DNA of 64,000 nt from Marsupella aquatica (taxonomy: Eukaryota > Plantae > Marchantiophyta), in the NCBI GenBank assembly GCA_973895155.1, contig OZ316891.1, forward strand, positions 21,837,168 to 21,901,167. Reading direction: 5' to 3'. Both the position numbers and the translations under genes were made by a program. This document shows, piece by piece, positions 59,825 through 64,000 of this stretch (position 1 is the stretch's first letter; each line of letters opens with the position of its first letter). The notes below the pieces were generated by a model, which saw nothing but the letters and a program-made list of their open reading frames with translations, was not told the DNA's origin and did no database searches.

Positions 59825-60140
59825 CTTTTCTTCAACCCTCCTTTTGGTTGTGGTCTGGGGGGGATACAGAGGTTTACACCTCCACTACGTACATACCACC
59901 TCATTTGCTTTTTCTTGGCACTTGTAAATGTGATGAGACTTTTTCTATGCATGTTGGTTGCTAGCAGCTTGCACATGTGCATTGCCAGTGCTTTGTATGT
60001 TTTTGATACACTATGGCTACGATACTATATGTCATGACAACATTAAAATATTGGGCTAGTTCATTTTGAAAAGATTAACCAAAGTCCAAAGGGTTGAAAG
60101 CAAAGGTCTAAAGAGGACAAATCCCAACCTAAATGTCGAT

Positions 60141-63029
60141 TGTCACACCATTATGAGTGGTAGTATAGGATATCGGACTATGTAGGTTTGAGGCTTTCAT
60201 ATGTGTGTTATCTAAGTGTTTTAGGGTTAATGTATGTTTGTGAGGGATAGTTATATATCTCTAAGTTGTGTTGGCTCAAAGGTCTCATCTTTTGATATTG
60301 AGCCTTTCGAGCACAAACTCTAGCGGCTATGGTGTGGCTGTCTAGGTTGTGTGTACGTAACGTGGATTCCTTGAGGCAGAAGGTGCGTTTGGCTTGACAT
60401 AAGTGTGTGATCGCGTCGGGCAGGATTGTGTGTTGGATTAGCATCAATCATTGTTTGATTGCTCTTGAAGATTACATCAAAAGATCGGCTTCAAACTCTG
60501 TTGTGCAAACTGTGCAGACAGAAGTTTGATTTCATTTTGGTTTTGTTGTTGACGATTCATGGTAGCTCGGATCGGGTGTTTTTATTGAATGGATCGTTGG
60601 TATCTCAATCTATTGCAAGTTGGTGCGGCGCTTGCGTAGTTCAAGTGAAGCTTCAAGTTGTTGTTGCTAAGTTGCGGTTTTGGAGTTGTGGTCTTCATTG
60701 ATATGCATTGCTGCATTGTGGAGGACTGATTGTGTGATCGACAAGCGGATGTTGCTGTTGACAATTGTGTGTGAGACGGACGATGGCGTCTTGTCCTATT
60801 TTGTGAAGGGAAAGTAGTCAGATGTGCGACTCTTTGAGGTTTTGATTGAGGTGGTTTGATTGGGAGCCCGATAGTTGATTATGTTTACAATTTTTGTAGG
60901 ATGCAGTTATGATTTGCATCAAGTTCCTTGTTGATGGATAGTGTGTTTCTATGAACGAAACAACGTTGAATGTTGGTGAATTGTGTTGGTGGCGCGCGAC
61001 AAGATAAGGCACCGTGGAGAGGCAAGGCGGCTGTGACTTAGGGCACAGAGGAAACAACAAATAGTGAATAGTGATTTTCCTGTCAATTGTGGCGTGTTTA
61101 GCACATGACTTGAGCGAAGAGAGTCTTGGTGGGGAGGCACCCACAACCCACGGCCTGTGGCCGATTCATCTTGGTTGTGTGGGTTGGCACCCACAGCCCA
61201 TGGCTTGTGGCCTCTTGCAGTTTGGTTGCGTGGGTAGTCACCCACAGCCCACGGCCTGTGGCCGATTCATCTTGTTTGTGTGGGTAGGTACCCACAGCCC
61301 CTGGCTTGTGGCCTAGGGTTTTGGAATCACAGTCTTCCAATAATGCAAAGCTACTTGGTGAACAACGGACCGGTTTCACTCGAAGTGGAGTGCAGTTTTG
61401 GCCAACAACATTGCTAGCAGATACCAGTGGAGCTTCATATAGTGATTTTGACAAGGGCTCTGTAGCCAACTCTCCTCATCATCAGGTTGTTGCACCATTG
61501 TTGTGGGATATGGAGGAGACGTATGGGTCCACTAAGGGCCCTAGGAGATACTCTGGTGCAGTTGGCACAATTGATTTGGATGATTTCATCCAAGATTTTG
61601 ATACGTGGTGTGATATGCAAACAATGCGTAATGCCACATTGTTTAGACCTTTCATGGCATGAAAAGGGTTGTTTCAGCATTTGGAGGGTCCACCCATGGA
61701 TGATTACCATGAGTTTTGGAAGACCCATTTGGCTGATATTGAGATATGGAGACAACACTGGTCACCAAACTATGTGTCCATCACTTACGGCACAAGTGCG
61801 GTTTCTCAACCTGTTGCCCCGACTTTTGCTTCTTCTAGTAGCACTAGCCAGAGTGGCACTCCACCAACATCCACCGTTACTCCTACCGGTGCAATTGTGG
61901 GTGGGAGTGGAGTTGTGCCAACATTTAACCCTATGGTGAAGTTCTTTGATGTGTTGAAGTAGAACTACCAGGGTGTGAGAACTGATAAGTTGAAGGGTCT
62001 TCAAGATTTTCAGCGCAAGACTGGAGAGAGTCTACACAAAGCATACACTCGTATGCGAAGATATATTAATTACAGTCACCAAGGGAGTGACAGAGGCCCA
62101 AGTAGTTCAATTTTGGTATGCAATTTTGGATAGAGAGTTGCGGCGTAGAGTAAGAGACGCCACTCTATTGAGGGATTCAGATTCCACATTGGCTGTTGTT
62201 TTTGCACTAGCCGAGCGCATTGAGCTCAATATGGTGAATGAGAAGGTGGTGACTTCCGGATTTGTCAAGGAAGGCTCACCAAAGGTTGCATCTACACCCA
62301 CACTGCAACCTACTGTAAGGAAGAGCCAGAGGGAGAAGCCTACAACATGGGAATCTACTAGTCAGAGACCTGTGCCCTCCTATGCTGGACAACAGTCATG
62401 ATGTTGGACTTGTGGTGGGGATCATGCATGAAGATATTGCCAAGATAATAGAGGGTCCGGAGGGGCATCTATGCCCGATCAACGATTATGTGATCATTGT
62501 GGAGTTTCTGGTCACACCAAGGATAGGTGTTTTATACTCCATCCTGAACTACAACGGGGAGGATCATGTACGTATGATCAGGGAAGAGGAGGTAGAGGTG
62601 GTGGTCGCGGCCGAGGTATGCCATATGCAAGGAGACAAGGAGGTGATGCTCCTGCCACTACCATAGATCCAAAGGATGAAAAGATTGCTCAATTGGAGCA
62701 ACAACTAGCTGCCATGGCGAGTTCTCAGGTTAGACCTACTTCTGGTGATGGAGCCTCTACATCCTATGGAGCTGACGGAGACTTGGCCACCATGGGATTC
62801 ATGTGTGACATTGCCCATGTTGATGCATTGGCAACTTTGACTCGAGGAGCAACCAAAGCCCTTGAGCCCCGAGGAGCAATGGTAGAGTTGGATCCTCAAA
62901 GGGGGGAAGCTTGTCGTCAAACGAAGCTTCCCCAATCATTTACATTGTTAGAGGCAGTTTAAACTAACTCTATAAACCCGGTTAAGACAAATCCAAGTGT
63001 GGATAAGTTGGTGGAATTGGATAATGTTG
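60141..63029 (+). mobile_element. 5' part of another Ty3/Gypsy element (LTR, leader repeats, decayed gag)
   Basis: TGTCACACCATT start shared with 56656; repeats of about 50 bp at 61137-61312; gag downstream. The LTR 3' end is not resolved. Confidence 0.7.
61345..62962 (+). pseudogene. Gypsy gag with zinc knuckles
   Basis: DLDDFIQDFDTW; NPMVKFFDVLK.NY...FQRKTGESL..AYTRM (homologous to the gag near 47985-48120); CWTCGGDH and CDHCGVSGHTKDRC; stops and frameshifts. Confidence 0.78.
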
Positions 63030-64000
63030 TGTCGCGTCCCTAACCCAGGCCTTAAATCCAGTTTAGTTCCATGGCGCGACTTTGACCACCAGTAAGGGTG
63101 AGGGTTCGGGCAAGGAGGTGTGTAGCGGCCTCGATTAGCCCCTAGTCGGGCTAATGTAATATACTTATGGGTATAACCCTTACGCAATTCGTACTAGTCA
63201 TAGGTATATTTGTTTTCCACCGCTGGAATTTTCCCACAGTTAGTGACTCGGACTAACTCCCGGCTTGGGGCTTTCAAGCCATCGACGCAACAGAACCTTG
63301 TGACATGCAATGGGTGGCAATCCCTACCATTAGTCTGCACCCGGTACGTCCCTTGAAATGGCGCCTTTGCCCAGACAAAGCATACACACAACACCAGTTA
63401 CTCGCGGAAACATTATAGGGAAAAGACTACATTTACTCAGCAAAGCATCAGTTTACATGGTTGACTCGACTTCTAAGGGGGTCAACAGGCCCAACGGTAG
63501 TCAATGCCCAGTCTCTACGAGGCCCCGCCTTGCACTTGCCCGACAAGCTCGACTCTGGCTCTCACTCCTTGGTGCGCTCTGACCCTGCTCAGGCCGGAAC
63601 TCCCCGTGTCTCGCCTTTTCTTCTACTAAGATAACTAAGCCTTCTCCCCCTCCCATAGCGGAAGGGGAAGCCTAAATACTACGGTTGCGGAAGGAAACCG
63701 GAGGATACTACCTTCTGGGATAATACCTACTGACTAACTACCTATTGACTAACTACCTTCTGACTAGTTGACTGTTGTCGACAAGGGTGCTGACCGACAT
63801 GGCAGCAGCAAAGCCTACTAACAACAAGCTAGTCCGTTGATGGACTCCATCCTACGTTGGCTGATCCTAAGTGATTTGGTCCTAACTCTTCATACTGCCG
63901 CTAATCGGCGCCTAATGACGGCTATTCTGTCGTTACGCCTGACCAGAAGATGCCGCTGACTCAACTGCCTCGCGTGGCGCCTGCTCCCTCTTACGTGTGT
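63030..64000. mobile_element. Probable LTR of a further nested retrotransposon, running off the window
   Basis: Gag-side sequence switches at TGTCGCGTCCC to CpG-richer non-coding DNA. Confidence 0.4.

Noticed and set aside
61137-61312. Repeat-spacer-like arrays (also 29205-29355, 35575-35760, 46310-46790)
   Set aside because: The intervening sequence is itself repeated, the context is LTR or leader, there are no cas genes and the DNA is eukaryotic.
61357-61366. TGGTGAAC as a tRNA-Trp primer-binding site
   Set aside because: Only about 8 nt match and no clear LTR-terminal CA directly upstream; left unassigned.

Overview
A eukaryotic window made almost entirely of nested transposons. GT-AG introns, plant-type CACTA and Ty3/Gypsy proteins and an EDM2-type PHD module point to a plant; a non-seed plant such as a bryophyte is my guess. 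No host housekeeping gene, RNA gene or CRISPR array is visible. (1) A 16.8-kb CACTA element (TIRs at 221 and 17013, minus strand) encodes an apparently intact 3-exon TnpD and a multi-exon TnpA-like protein with a GW/WG-rich region. It also carries intronless cargo ORFs: a tandem BRCT protein, an EDM2-type triple-PHD protein whose N-terminus resembles the histone H3 tail, and a Cys/His-rich ORF. (2) A second, decayed CACTA (TIR ends at 29062) has a SET-domain exon inside the first TnpD intron, in frame with TnpD exon 1. (3) A decayed Ty3/Gypsy family has a C5 cytosine-methyltransferase domain between protease and RT, and a sister copy ends its integrase in a PHD finger. About 8.5 kb of this region is present as a near-identical inverted duplication (28523-37308 / 49547-58027). 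A 297-bp MITE (two copies), a solo LTR and other LTR fragments are nested in these elements. The main theme is that three unrelated transposon families each carry their own chromatin reader or writer modules. All family assignments come from motif recognition by eye, not database searches.
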